The translations under genes and the position numbers were made by a program. A stretch of 64,000 nt of DNA from Octopus vulgaris. Taxonomy: Eukaryota. The notes beneath the pieces are model-generated. The model worked only from the letters and a program-made list of their open reading frames with translations, had not been told where the DNA came from and made no database searches. Of this stretch, positions 13,909-26,826 are shown in pieces. The stretch's first letter is position 1, and every line of letters starts with the position of its first letter. Location of the stretch: NCBI GenBank assembly GCA_951406725.2, contig OX597827.1, positions 83,328,001-83,392,000 on the forward strand. Direction: 5' to 3'.

Positions 13909-15159
13909 AATAACAAGAATATTTGGATGGAAATTCATAAATACTTTAATGTATTGCTACATACATTTTCACAAAGCACATGTTTTTGTGGCTGCATTCC
14001 CTATCCATAGGACATTACAAATATGATTAGCAATATCCATGGATTTTAAGGGGAGCCATTATTCCATGTTTGTTTCTTCAGGCAAAAATTGCATCAGTGT
14101 TCTGATTGTATTAAATGTTAAGCTAAGGATGTTTACCAATTTACACCTATCAGAAGGTTAATAGACACTCCAAAGTGGTTGTATCTTGTGGATATAAAAT
14201 TTTAAAATCCTTCCTAGGATTGGAACAAAGCATTATAAAGACACAAACACTAAATATCATTAGCATTAAACCAAACAATGGAAGGACCTCTACCAAATGA
14301 AGTAAACAAGAGACCTTATATATCAAGGTCTTCAGTATAAACCATGTGCATAATACTGTAAGTGCTTGTTATTATATAATTGAGCATACAAGAAAATTAA
14401 TGCTAGATGATTAGACTGGCTCTACAGAAAACTAACACCATCAATGAATGTATAGTAGCATCACTAACAAATCACTCACCCCTTTATGGAACAACATTTG
14501 ACAGAGCAGCAGGAGGCCATGTGAAATACTTAACAATAGCAAGGCCATCTCATTCTCTGCCTTGACCGGAACTGAGCAACAAAAATTTGCTCCCTTGTCC
14601 TTACAACTTGTAAAATCGTTAAGGTAGCACCCTGCCAAGGTTGAGGCTAAATCAAACACTCAACACTAACCCCATCACAGCACATATACACTGAAATCAA
14701 AACAAATATATTCATTACCATCTTCTTTTCTTTCTCCTCTTATTTATCTTCTTTCTCTTTTCTTCTTCCTATCCACACATGCCTACTTGCATAAATCTAG
14801 ATATAAACTAAAATGCTACTTATATCCTCCTTGCTGTACGGCTTTTTTATATCTATCTATATAATAAGTCAAAGTTTTTCACAGAAACTGCCCATAACCC
14901 TCACAGAACCTTCTAATTGGTGTAAATTGATAAATATCCCTTAGCTTAACATTCGATACAAGCAGAACACTGATGCAGTTTTTGCCTGAAGAAATAAACA
15001 CGTAATTATGGCTCCCCTTAAATTCCATGGATATTGCAAATCATATTTGTAATGTCCTATGGATGGGGAATGCAACCACAAAAAACATGTGCTATGTGGA
15101 AACATACATAGCAATACATTAAAGTATTTATGAATTTCCATCCAAAAGTTCTTGTTATT
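13909..15159 (+). mobile_element. Probable Penelope-like relic bounded by ~250-bp inverted pLTR-like repeats
   Basis: 13909-14159 is the reverse complement of 14907-15159. The arms carry a decayed hammerhead motif and the interior has a faint GIY-YIG-like stretch (~14320-14410). Confidence 0.55.
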
Positions 15160-16619
15160 ATTATATATATCATCATCAACATCATCATTTAACATCTGCT
15201 TTCCATGTTGGCATGAGTTGGACAGTTTGACAGGAGATGGCTAGGCAGAAGACTGCACGAGACTTTGGTGTCTGTTTTGGCAGGGTTTTTACAGCTGGAT
15301 GTCCTTCCTAAAACCAACCACTTTACTTACAGTGGATGCTTTTTATGTGCTATACACACACACACACACACACACACATGTATGTGTGTGTATGTTTGTT
15401 TGTTTACAACCAGTGAACATGAAGAAGCATGAAATATAAACCTGCTCACACATCACAAAATGCATATAGACACATCTTCTAAATCCACTCACAAGGTTTT
15501 AGAAAGTGTACGGCTATAATACAAGACACAGTTCTACACAGTGGGACTGAACCTGAAAATGCCCCATTGGGAAGTGATCTTCTCAATCACATAACCATGT
15601 CATACACACACAATATCATCACCACCATTTAACATCTGCTCTCCATGCTGACATGGATTAGAGAGGTCATCATAGTTTATGATAGTTCTTATTCAGAGCT
15701 CCTGCCCTCATAGATAGGCTGGGGAATCATGTCTCACTCATACATTCCATTTTTGACATAGTTTCTACAGCTGGACACCCAAATCCTAACCGGCTGCAGT
15801 GGTAACATTTATCTAGAATACTTGATATGATTGTATCTTTGCCTTAGACTAAAGTGTCTTCCCAATCCAATGTGTCTTCACCAACCAATTTATATGATGT
15901 ATTTGATGAAGACACCAACAAATCTGAGTTAGTCTTGCACTCCACCAAGTTGAAGAGTGCTTACCAGTCTATGGTGTCTCTGTTCATTGAATTCCATGTG
16001 AGCAAGAGGGATGGTGAAAAGGAAAGAGTGATAACCTGGGATAAATGGGAGCAAGGGTATGATGGGAGAAACAGATTGGGACATCAGTGTAGTGGAAGAG
16101 GTGGGACAGAAGTTTCAAGTAGCAAGGATGGCAGGGAGAGAGTAACAAACAAGAGAAAATAAGGGCAGCTATGTTTTTGTTTTTTTTTCTAAAAAGAGAG
16201 ACAGAAAGAGGAAACAATGATGGATGATAATAGAGATGAGCAATGGTGAAAATGATGCTGTTAGTAATGATTGGTCAGTAACAAGAGTGATGACTGACAC
16301 AGAAAGGATGGATGTAAGGTATATTAGATACACACAGATTTGATGGTATCCCTTATATATAAGGGATCTTGATTATAGAAAGAGATAGAACAGTGGTAGA
16401 ATACACACAGGTCTAATACCATTCCTCATTACATGGATATGGAGTGGTGCAGTGAATAGGAAGGAGGCAATGGGAGAAGAAGGTGAGAATGAAAGAGATG
16501 AATGATAAAGGTTTATGCTAGAGATAGAGACCATGGTAGAGATGAGAAGGTACACAGAGGAAGGGGATTAAAGACAGAGACACAAGAGGGATGGATTACA
16601 AAGATATATATATATATAA

Positions 16620-19300
16620 ACCTTCAAGGCTCATGCTTTGTCATACATATTTGTGAGGTACATCATTTTGAGGTCAGACTTCAACACTTCATCCAATGTC
16701 TTCCACAGGCTCTATCCACTTTGAGTGCCCTGCATAGCTTTATGCAAGTCATCCCTCCATACATAGCACATGCCATTACCAGTGCAGTATTCTCTTCTGC
16801 ATACTGTGTCTTATTTTCCTTACAGCCATTTCTGCTGCTGTCACTCATGTACACATCCAGCAGACCATACTTGCTTCATTTCTGTCTAGTTTTCACATAT
16901 CCTCTACACTCAGTGCTCATTGCAGCACTGCAGTTCATATACAAATATCAAACAACCTGCCTTCTATACAGGGGGGAAAGCTCTTTGTTACCAATAAAGA
17001 TAACAGCTCCCTCAGCCTCTTCTAACAAATTCCTACTTTGATGCTATACTTTCAGAACACCCACCTACACTGCTAATTACATCTACCTAACAAAAGCTAT
17101 TAACTACATATAGCCAGGTGGCTATTTAAGCGAATCTATTTCATTTGTGTTTGTTGTGCTTGCTGCACTTGTGCACCATCCACATAAAGTCTACCTTCTC
17201 ACCTACTTGACACTGATCCTACTACCTCACTTCTGCACCCAAGTATGCACTTTTTCTTCATGGTACTAGTGTCTTGCCTTTTTTCTTCTTTACTAAAACT
17301 TTAGTCTTTGCTAAGTTTACTTTGAGGTCTCTTAATTCCAGGATTTGCTACCATTTTCTGGAATTTCTTTTCCAAATGTTTTACCAATTCAGCCATAAGT
17401 ACAAGGTCATCAGCATATGATGAGTTCCCATAGAGAGCAGTATTAGAACCTGGAGGATGATAACAAACATAAGAGGGCTGAGGATTTGATACTGGTAGAC
17501 CTCTATTTTCATACTGAACTTGTCACTGAACTCATTGTAGAATCATACTTTACATAGCTTATTTCTCTCTCACAAGTCCTCCTTACTCCCGGTTAATTTA
17601 GCTAACACTAGGTTACAAGCCTTACCAAAATTGTTCTCCAGTCTAATGAAAGTGAAGTACAGCAGCTTACTCCTAGCTAAGTATTCCTCCTACAGTTATA
17701 TAACTAGGAATCTTTTCTTTGCATAAATCTGAACAGCATCACATCTGAGCTAATTCTGTTCCTTATCAGTTGTGCCAGAATTCTTTCAGAAACTCTCATA
17801 GCCTAGTCCATCAACTTGATACATCTGTACTTTCCTCTCTATAGCGCATCTTCTTTACCCTTTTGGCAGCTGATGATAATACTGTTAATGATAGTACAGC
17901 AGGCTATGATACCTTACACTATACTACCTGATTAACTATACACATGACTCAACCTAATGGCCCTGCTACCTTCCCAGCCTTCAAATCCTTGATTGCTCTA
18001 CCACATTATCAACTTCAATGGTCAGTCCCTCTCTAGGGTCAACTTGGAGTAGGCCCTACCATTCCCATGCATTCTCCATATTTAGTAACCTCTTATAACA
18101 CTTCCATACCTCTTTGCTTTCAGTATCAGTAAAAGCAGGTAAGTCGTTATCATTTGAAACAAACCCACAGACAAACCTAGATCTTCCGTAGCATACTGAC
18201 TTGCAGATTCTCACTTCACAACACATTGCACACCTCTTACTTTCTGTTTTACTTCTACCTAAATATACTTGACATCTAGCTACTTGCTATTGCTTTCTGC
18301 TGCCCACTTTCTCTTGGCTTTTATGGATCTGCATAATTAATTTACCAACACATTACCTTCCATCAATCTGGGATCTTGCACCATCCTCTAATCTAGATCT
18401 CAAACTTCCAGTTTTTTGCCATCTTGTACATTTCTAGTTGCTCCTCTTTTTTCATATATTCCACCAACTTCACTAAACCTCAAACTGTTCAAAGCTTTCA
18501 TATCTTCCTTCTGCAAACACTTTGTAGTTTTCTAGTTAATCTAGTTCTTATTCTGAAATCATTAATACTAACTTATGCTGGGATACACACTTCACTAAGA
18601 AAACTCTTAACATTTACAACTATCTGTCTCTTCTGTTTCCTAATAAAATAAACAGTCTTGTGTATTAACCTGATTAGTAAGTGATTCGGTGACTGACCAG
18701 TTTCCTGAAATTTGAATTCCAAAACAGTTCAGTCATTTCCATCACAGGTGTTGTGAGCCATTTTCATTCTTTCTATCATAACCTTAGTGTATGTCCGAGA
18801 ATCCATCATGCCAAAATTATTATTTAAATCTGCAGCGTTGATAATCAGGTCACCATCATGAGATGTTGAGGGCCTCATAAAAGCAGTCTTTCAATCATTG
18901 ACCAGCCCTATTTGTGGTGTATGAAGGTAAGAATTTCTGTTGCTTTCTCTATGAATAGCTTTAACTAAATTATTCTTACTTGCTTAAGTAAAGTAAGTAA
19001 GCAAGTCTTTGTGTCCATTAATGATCTGTAAAATTTCTCTACATATACTATCATGCTTAACATCCCACTGTGTGCTCAGAAAAAAGAAAAAAATCTTGTA
19101 CGTTACCCCTTCCACTCTTCACAATTTCTGCTGATCTCTCTTGCTCACCCACAAAAGACACAAGACAATAAAAATTGTATCTCAGGGCCAGAGAATACAT
19201 ACTATAATTTCTGGCTATTCCATTGCTATTTACCCTCAACAAATTAGTTGTATACCATCCTCAACCTGTTTCTTCCTCTTAACACTACCCGCACTTACAC
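16620..19300 (-). mobile_element. Old, heavily degraded RTE LINE (EN + RT)
   Basis: Minus-strand remnants of WELxYADDLVL, LKVNLAKTK, KYRCIKLMD and an EN tail VKSFLSEVC. Collinear with the 20.4-23.4 kb RTE. Confidence 0.75.
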
Positions 19301-19759
19301 TTTGCACTTACCACCTTGCTCAAACCTAATTGTGTACAATTCATTCCTAGCTCAGCTGTTGACTTACACATGGTCAAACTGAACATAAGTTCACTATTCT
19401 AAGACAACCAAAGTCACAGATCCTGGCCTTCCACCACCACTATCACCACAATATGTTATCTACACACTGTATGGATTTGACAATTTCAATTTTCCTCACT
19501 CTGATGTTCATCATCCGAGTTCTGTCATTGCTTACATTAACTTCCCATGCTGGCACTGAAAGGAGTCCTTTTCATTGAAGCTATTTTCTTCCTAACCACT
19601 CAACTTTGAAACCTTTCGTCAGTCAAACATACTGAGGTAAAGATGTCTGAAACTTTGCAAAGGAGTATAACATAACAACTAATTTCTTAAATATGTGGTA
19701 AATAAATAAATGTACTGTCCAAATTTACAGCAACACTAAATACATAGAAAAATGGTTTA

Positions 19760-19796
<37 letters not shown>

Positions 19797-19817
19797 ATAT
19801 ATATATATAATGGGAAG

Positions 19818-20012
19818 GTTTATGAAAATAAACAAAAGATGAAGGCAGGTGGAGTACAAACAAACAAATGTATTAGTATGGCGCTCAGGAATAGAAATAG
19901 AACAAGTCTTTTACGTTTCGAGCCTACGCTCTTCGACAGAAAGATAAACAGAAAAGAAACAAGGAGAGAAAAAAATGCATGTAGGAGCTAACAGTCTATC
20001 ATGGCGTTCTGA
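19818..20012 (-). mobile_element. Short TA-flanked Penelope pLTR-like element
   Basis: Bounded by (TA)n on both sides and contains a hammerhead-like motif. Confidence 0.55.
19907..19945 (-). ncRNA. Minimal type-I hammerhead-like motif, variant core (A6U plus extra A)
   Basis: Reverse complement: TCTTT-CTGTCGA-A-GAGC(GTAG)GCTC-GAAA-CG-TA-AAAGA. Stem I 5 bp, stem II 4 bp, palindromic ACGT stem III, GUA site. Confidence 0.55.
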
Positions 20013-20394
20013 TATATATATATTTCAATTTACCACTTGATTCGCCAATACTTCCCCCCCTCTTCCACTACCACCAACCTATATAAACTAGCGCACGCAC
20101 TCGGATTCCCCTACTCGATTTTTAATAACTACCCAGAAAGAATACAAATCCAGAAGATGCTCTCGTCTAAATTTGCCAGCTCACAGTACGCCAGCCCTCC
20201 CACCCACTCCACCTGTACCAGAAGTTCCTATCCTGTCATCCTTTGGTTGTCTCCCATGAACACTTCTAAAGGCTTAACGCCATCCCCACTATTACCTAGG
20301 GTTTATCGATCATATAGTGCATAAAAATGATGCTGTAGTGTATGCAGGTTCAAGGCTATTGTTTGTTTATGAATTCTGTCAAATGTGAGCTTTC

Positions 20395-23300
20395 TTTTCA
20401 GGTACATGACACTGCTGTCCCCCATCCCAGGGTCTCACAGGCCCACACATCCCACACCCTCAGAGTTGGCTCACTCAACGTAGACACACTGAACGGTAAG
20501 TCTGGTGAGATTGTTGAGATGCTTGAACGGAGACGTGTAGATTAGTGTTGCCTCCAAGAAGTAAGGTGGAGGGGAGGTTCTGCTAGGCTCCTCAGGCAAA
20601 GAACACAGGTTACAAGATTTTCTGGACAGGGAACAGTGATGGGGTCGGAGGCATAGGTATACTTCTTGTGGAGAAATGGGTTGATAAGGTAATCAAGGTA
20701 GTTAAAGTATGTGACAGAATAATTAAGATTTGATTAGTGCTTCATCATGGGTTAGCAACCATTATCTCGGTCTATGCCCCTCAACCGGGGCTACCTGATG
20801 GACAGAAAGATTGATTTGATGACACCCTCTTGCAGACTACCTCGTTGACGAATGACAGGGACCTTTTCTTTGTGGCTGGTGACTTCAATCGACATGTTGG
20901 ACAACATGCAGGGGGCTTCCATGGCGTACATAGAGGCTATGGTTTTGGTTCCCGCAATGATGAGGGAACCAGACTACTAGAGTTCTGCGATGCAAATATC
21001 CTATGGTTTGCAATACCATCTTCAGGAAACCTGCCAATCATCTAGTCACCTACCATTCTGGCAGACACGCTAGCCAAATTGACAGTGTGTGAGAGAGAAT
21101 CGTGATGACATAGGAGAGAAATGTGTCTGCATGGATGATGGTTCACTTGCACTAAACAAGGTTGCAAAGAGAGAGGTTTGGAGATGCCACTATGAAAGGT
21201 TGCTGAATAAAGAAAATGAAAGGGAGAAAGGGAGTCTGCTGAATGTTGACCCAACAGAGGGACCAGCTATGCAAATTGACTGTAGCTTGGTAGATAAAGC
21301 AATTAACAGTATGAAGACAAGGAAAGCCTCAGACCCATCAGGAATCACTGCAGAGATGCTCAAAATATCTGGCAGTGTTGGCTATAGCCTGGTCACCTGT
21401 ATAGTTAACCAGGGGATATATGAAGGAGTCATACCCAATGACTGGTGTAGCAGCACCATAGTCAACTGCTACAAAGCTAAAGGTGACGCTTTAGATACAA
21501 ATAATTACAGAGATATCAAGTTGTTGGATCAGGTAATGAAGGTCACGGAGAGGGTCATAGCCCAACTACTTAGGGAGAGAGTCAGTTTAGATGAGATGCA
21601 GTTTGGGTTCGTGCCAGGGAAAAGCACCACTGATGCTATATTTCTGGTAAGACAGCTGCAGGAGAAATACCCAGCCAAAGATAAACCTCTGCACCTGGCT
21701 TTCGTTGACATGGAGAAAGCCTTCGACAGGGTCCCCTGATCCCTTATTTGGTGGTCAATGAGGAAACTAGGGATAGATGAATGGTTAGTGAGAGCTGTGC
21801 AAACCATGTACAAGGACTCTGTCAGTAAGGTGAGGGTTGGCAACAAGTACGATGAAAAATTCTGGGTAGAGGTAAGGGTCCAGCAAGGTAGTCCTCAGCC
21901 CCCTCCTATTTATCATAGTCCTCCAGGCAATAACAGAGGAATTCAAGACAGGATGCCCCTGGGAGCTCCTCTATGCTGACGACCTTGCTCTAATTCCTGA
22001 GTCACTATCAGAACTAGAGGAGAAGTTTCAGGTGTGGAAGCTAGGATTAGAATCGAAAGGCCTTAGAGTCAACCTAGCTAAAACCAAAGGCCTAATAAGT
22101 AGGAAGGTAGACAAACCACAAATCCCTTCAGGTAGATGGCCCTGCTCGATCTGTAGAAAAAGCATAGGTAGAAACTCTATAAGATGTACCCAGTGTAAGC
22201 TATGGACACATAAGAGGTGCAGCAATGTCAAGGGAAGGCTAACTGGGAATCTAGTTTTTGTATGTGGCAGATGCTCAGGAGCAATAAACACTGAAAATGT
22301 GCAGAGAACAACTTCCATCACTTTCCAGGGGTAAAAACTAGAAGTAGTTGATAGCTTCCGTTACCTTGGTGACCAAGTCAGTAGTGAGGGGGGGTGCTGA
22401 AAATGTAGCTGCTAGAATAAGAATAGCCTAGGCAAAGTTCAGAGAGCTCTTATCTCTGCTGGCGACAAAGGGCCTCTCGCTCAGAGTAACAGGTAGACTG
22501 TATGACGCATGTGTATGAACAGCCATGCTACATGGCAGTGAAACATGGACTGTGACTGCTGAGGACATGCGTAAGTTAATAAGAATGAAGCCAGTATGAT
22601 CCGATGGATGTGTAATGTCAGTATGCATACTCGACAGAGTGTAAGTACCTTGAGAGAAAAGTTGGACCTAAGAAGCATCAGATGTGGTGTGCAAGAGAGA
22701 CGAATGCGCTGGTATGGTCATGTGACAAGAATGGATGAGGATAGCTGTGTGAAAAAAGTGCCACAACCCAGCAGTTAAAGAAACCTGTGGAAGAGATAGG
22801 CCCAGGAAGACCTGGGATGAGGTGGTGAAGCATGACCTTCGAACATTAGGCCTCACTGAGCCACTGACTAGTGACCAGACCTTTGGAAATATGCTGTGCT
22901 TGAGAAGACCCGGCAAACCAAGTGAGACCATAACTAGTGGCCTATGCCAGAGGTGTAACCAGCCCACTTATGCATACCTTTCCTTCACTGGAAACTAAAC
23001 TCTGCTTGCGAAGACCTGTTGAAGCAAGTGAAATCGAAATTGAAATCAAATTCAATGACTGGCATCTGTACTAGTGGAGCACTGAGAGCACCATCCGAGT
23101 GTGATCATTGCCAGAGCAGCTGACTGGCTTCTGTGCCGGTGGCACATGAAAAAACATTCAAGTGAGGTAATTGCCAGTGCTGCTGGACTGGCTCCTGTGC
23201 AGGTGGCACGTAAAAAACACCATTTGAGTGTGGCCATTGCCAGTACCGCCTGACAGGCCCTTGTGCTGGTGGCATGTAAAAGCACCCACTATACTCTTGG

Positions 23301-23458
23301 AGTGGTTGGCATTAAGAAGGGCATCCAGCTGTAGAAACACTGCCAGATCAGATTGGAGACTGGTGCAGCCATCAGGTTCGCCATTCCTCAGTCAAATCGT
23401 CCAACCCATGTTAGCATGTAAAGCAGACGTTAAACGGTGATGACGATGATGATGATGA
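20395..23458 (+). mobile_element. RTE-clade LINE, nearly whole ORF (APE endonuclease + RT with PHD insertion), pseudogenised, internal deletion near 21085
   Basis: EN: LRVGSLNVDTL, CCLQEVRW-like, SVYAPQ, AGDFNRHVG. RT: NYRDIKLL, QFGFVPGKSTTDAIF, FVDMEKAFDRVP, YADD (21972), FRYLG. 3' UTR with ~60-bp repeats and (GAT)n tail. Confidence 0.93.
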
Positions 23459-23682
23459 CATATTTCTCAACATTTCAATAAATAGTCATCTACATCTTTG
23501 GAAAGGGATTTAAGTGAATGTCGCTGATTCGTTAAATAATTATGAAACTACTGAGTTCAAAGCTCAATCTATGATGCAAAAAAATCCTCATAAACTTAAT
23601 TTCATGCCAAGACTAAATAGTGATTCCTTGTTTTTGGGTATCCATCGTCTGGGCTGTATTGATACCCTAATTATTATGTTAA

Positions 23683-25712
23683 CCCTTTTAAAACGGTTGG
23701 CATTAATCTATGCATGCAATGTATATGCTTTAACTCAGTCGACGTAATTATACACCACCTGACTTAGAACCTGTCACCTGAGTTAGACAACTGATAGGTT
23801 GATTAGATGTTTCCTGTAAATATTTACAACCCAACAGGCTGGTCCTGCCAATCTGGCCGTGTTATCTTCATTACCACATCTTGTTTTGTTGAATTTATGG
23901 TCGTCACGTCCTACCACTTCAGCTCTGTGTCGAATTTACGATCATTGCGTTTATGGTACGCCTGGCATAAAGGCAAACCCTGAATATGGAAGTTCGCCAT
24001 TGGAAATCTCCCAAGAGTTTTTGACAGATGAAATATTCCAATATATAGCAGACGAAACAAATTACTATGCTGAAAACTATTCCCAGTATGTCAAATCCAG
24101 TCATAGCGGTGATTAGTTTCCAACCAAAGGGAACAAAATCAAAGTTCTGCTTGCCCTGCTGGTACTGATGGGCGTCATGAAGAAACCGACCCTGGCATCA
24201 TATTGGAATCAGGATCCAGCCACGTCAACACCTTTGTTTTTGGAAATGGTGCCACATGATTGATTTTTGGTGCTTCTTCGAAATCTACATTTCAACTCAG
24301 GTGAGAACCAGTATGACAGGCTGCACAAAATACATCCTATCATTGACGAAGTGGCTGAAAATTTCAGAACAGTGTATGTCCCCACACAGGACATTTGCAA
24401 AAATTAAAGAGAAGGCTCTGATTCAAACAATACAACCCAACCCGCTTTGGAGTCAAAGTTTATAAAGTCTGCCAGTCAACTGGCAGAACCTGTGGATACA
24501 TATAAAATTACAAAATCTACACTGGTCAGGACAGATTGGATCTTCTAGTGCCTACTCTAGCATCGACTGATGTCATGTTGTCACTGAATGGAAACTTGTT
24601 TGACAAAGGCTACAATATTAATATGGACATCTGGTTTTTCAGTTCAGACCTCTTTCTGCAGCTGCAGGTGAGGAAGACTAATGCCCGTGGGATTGTGAGG
24701 ACGCACAGGAAAAACATGCTGCCCAATCTTCACAAGATACATCTTCAAAAAGGGGAAACAGTGTACCGATGCACTGATAGTGGCATTCTTGCTCTAGTAT
24801 AGCATGACAAGAAAAACGTCTGCATGTTATCTACAATGCATTCTGCAAACATGAAGGACACAAGGAAACAAGATGTGGTTGGTAATGCCATAATGAAACC
24901 AAGTGTAATTGTTTCATACAATGAAGGGGCAGGCAGAGTCAATCGCTCAGATCAGCTGGTGACAACACACAAATCGGTGAGAAAATTTGTGAAATGGTAC
25001 AAAAAAATTTTCTTGTATATAGTTGACATGTATTTTCATGAACTCACATTTGATTTGGCAGTGTGGGGGATAGATTGACATTCAGGAATCTATTGTCCCA
25101 TGAAATGATAGAAGCATCAGACCTGCCAAAGTACAGAATATGTGAACATCCCCACACCAGATTCTCTCCTCACCACATGGTGAAGGGATGTGGACATTTT
25201 CCACAACTGTTTCCCCACAGTGCCAAGAAGACAAATGCTTCAAAGAGATGCACAGTATGTAAAGCAAAAGGGAAACATAAGGAAAGTAGATATCATTGTT
25301 CACAATGTGGTATGCCACTGTGTATGCTACCCTGTTTTGAACTCGACCATACTTAAGTCAATTTTTGAATTCACATGATTATAAATACATGAAGTTGATC
25401 TGACTTGTGCTGTCGAGTGATCTTATTCAGGAATAATAGCGCATGAGCGTCTTGCACAGGGATATAGTTTAGGTAAATAAACAGTACTTGCACTAAAGCA
25501 CTTGACGTAAACATACACCAAAAACATTATCTCACACTGAGTGCTGACCTCACTCGACAGGCAACCAAATGAATCACTGCCGTAAACTGGTTAAAGCAGT
25601 TGATGTAAATATATGCCAAACCACTGTTGTGCACTAATTTGCTGGTCTCAGCCGAGATTATTACCATCAATGCAACCTAGTTGCTTGATAGAAAAAAAAC
25701 ATTGTCATGGGG
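23683..25712 (+). mobile_element. piggyBac (PGBD4-like) transposon relic
   Basis: Frameshifted transposase: EIFQYIADETNYYA, LRNLHF, KGYNINMDIWF, MLSTMH, KPSVIVSYN, KWYKKIF and C-terminal Cys-rich domain CTVC..ESRYHCSQCGMPLCMLPCFELDH. Candidate TTAA|CCC and GGG|TTAA ends, though TIR match beyond CCC is poor. Confidence 0.85.
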
Positions 25713-25970
25713 TTAACCCAACAAATAATAATAATTAAACTAAGTACCAGAAAGTTGATCTAAGGTGTCAGACAGAATGGAAAACATGCAACAAGAGTTG
25801 ATTCAGTAGGGGTGACAGGGTAGGAGTGTGGGTCTTGATGTATGATAATTGAGTTGTCTAATATCTAAGCACTGTATATAAGAAATGAGTTAAATTATGT
25901 ATTCTCTTCTTAGTATTCTGTATTTTTATGCTTTGTGTAAATATATTTGTGTGTGTGTGTATATATATAT

Positions 25971-26328
25971 AAAGTTCAGCAAAAATTTAGATTCAAATGA
26001 ATATAGTACTTAATTTAGATGCACCAGAATTTTGTATGGTGTTATCCATAAAAATTTTCGGGGTGATTATAATCAAAAATAAGCAACAAGAATGACTCCG
26101 GTAATTTGGTACAATTGTTTCGCACTACATCATTTTATTAAAAGTTGTAAGTATTACAACAGATTTAAGATGCTGAGTGCTCATCAGCCAATTAAATAGG
26201 TTTTCCATTAATATAAAAGCTTTCAAATCAAGTAGCAACATTATAGAGAAGGTAGATATACAGACAAAGATGTAGATTTAAATTTTAAGAACATATGAGG
26301 TAGTGGAGTCAGTCAGTGGTTGAACTAA
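25971..26328 (-). mobile_element. Short TA-flanked element carrying a hammerhead ribozyme (Penelope pLTR/retrozyme-like)
   Basis: Bounded by (TA)n and contains a canonical hammerhead. Confidence 0.6.
26103..26193 (-). ncRNA. Type-I hammerhead ribozyme, canonical core, long stem II
   Basis: Reverse complement: AATTGG-CTGATGA-GCACT...AGTGC-GAAA-CAATTG-TA-CCAAATT. All core nucleotides present, palindromic stem III (ACAATTGT), GUA cleavage triplet. Confidence 0.85.
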
Positions 26329-26336
26329 TATATATA

Positions 26337-26786
26337 TCATCATCATCATCATCATCATTTAGCGTCCGCTTTCCATGCTAGCATGGGTTGGACGGGTCAA
26401 CTGGGGTCTGTGAAGCTGGAAGGCTTCGTCAGGCCCAGTCAGATCTGGCAGTGTTTCTACGGCTGGATGCCCTTCCTAACGCCAACCACTCCGCGAGTGT
26501 AGTGGGTGTTTTTTACGTGCCACCTGCACAGGTGCCAGACAGAGCTGGCGAACGGCCACGAACGGATGGTGCTTTTACGTGTCACCGGCACGGGGCCAGG
26601 CGATGCTGGCAACGGACACGAACGGATGGTGCTTTTACGTGCCACCGACACGGAGCCAGACAGAGCTGGCAAACGGCCACAAACGGACGGTGCTTTTACG
26701 TGTCACCGGCACGGGGGCCAGCCGAGGCTGGCAACGGACGCGAACGGATGGTGCTTTTACGTGCCACTGACACGGTTGCCAGACAG
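26337..26786 (-). mobile_element. RTE 3'-UTR element with five ~60-bp tandem units and (GAT)n tail
   Basis: ggtgcttttacgtg(c/t)caccg units near 26506, 26568, 26628, 26689 and 26750. (CAT)n at 26337-26358. Confidence 0.9.
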
Positions 26787-26822
<36 letters not shown>

Positions 26823-26826
26823 ATTA

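Noticed and set aside
26500-26786. Regularly spaced repeats resembling a CRISPR array
   Set aside because: Eukaryotic context, the spacers are homologous to each other, and the block is part of an RTE 3' UTR.
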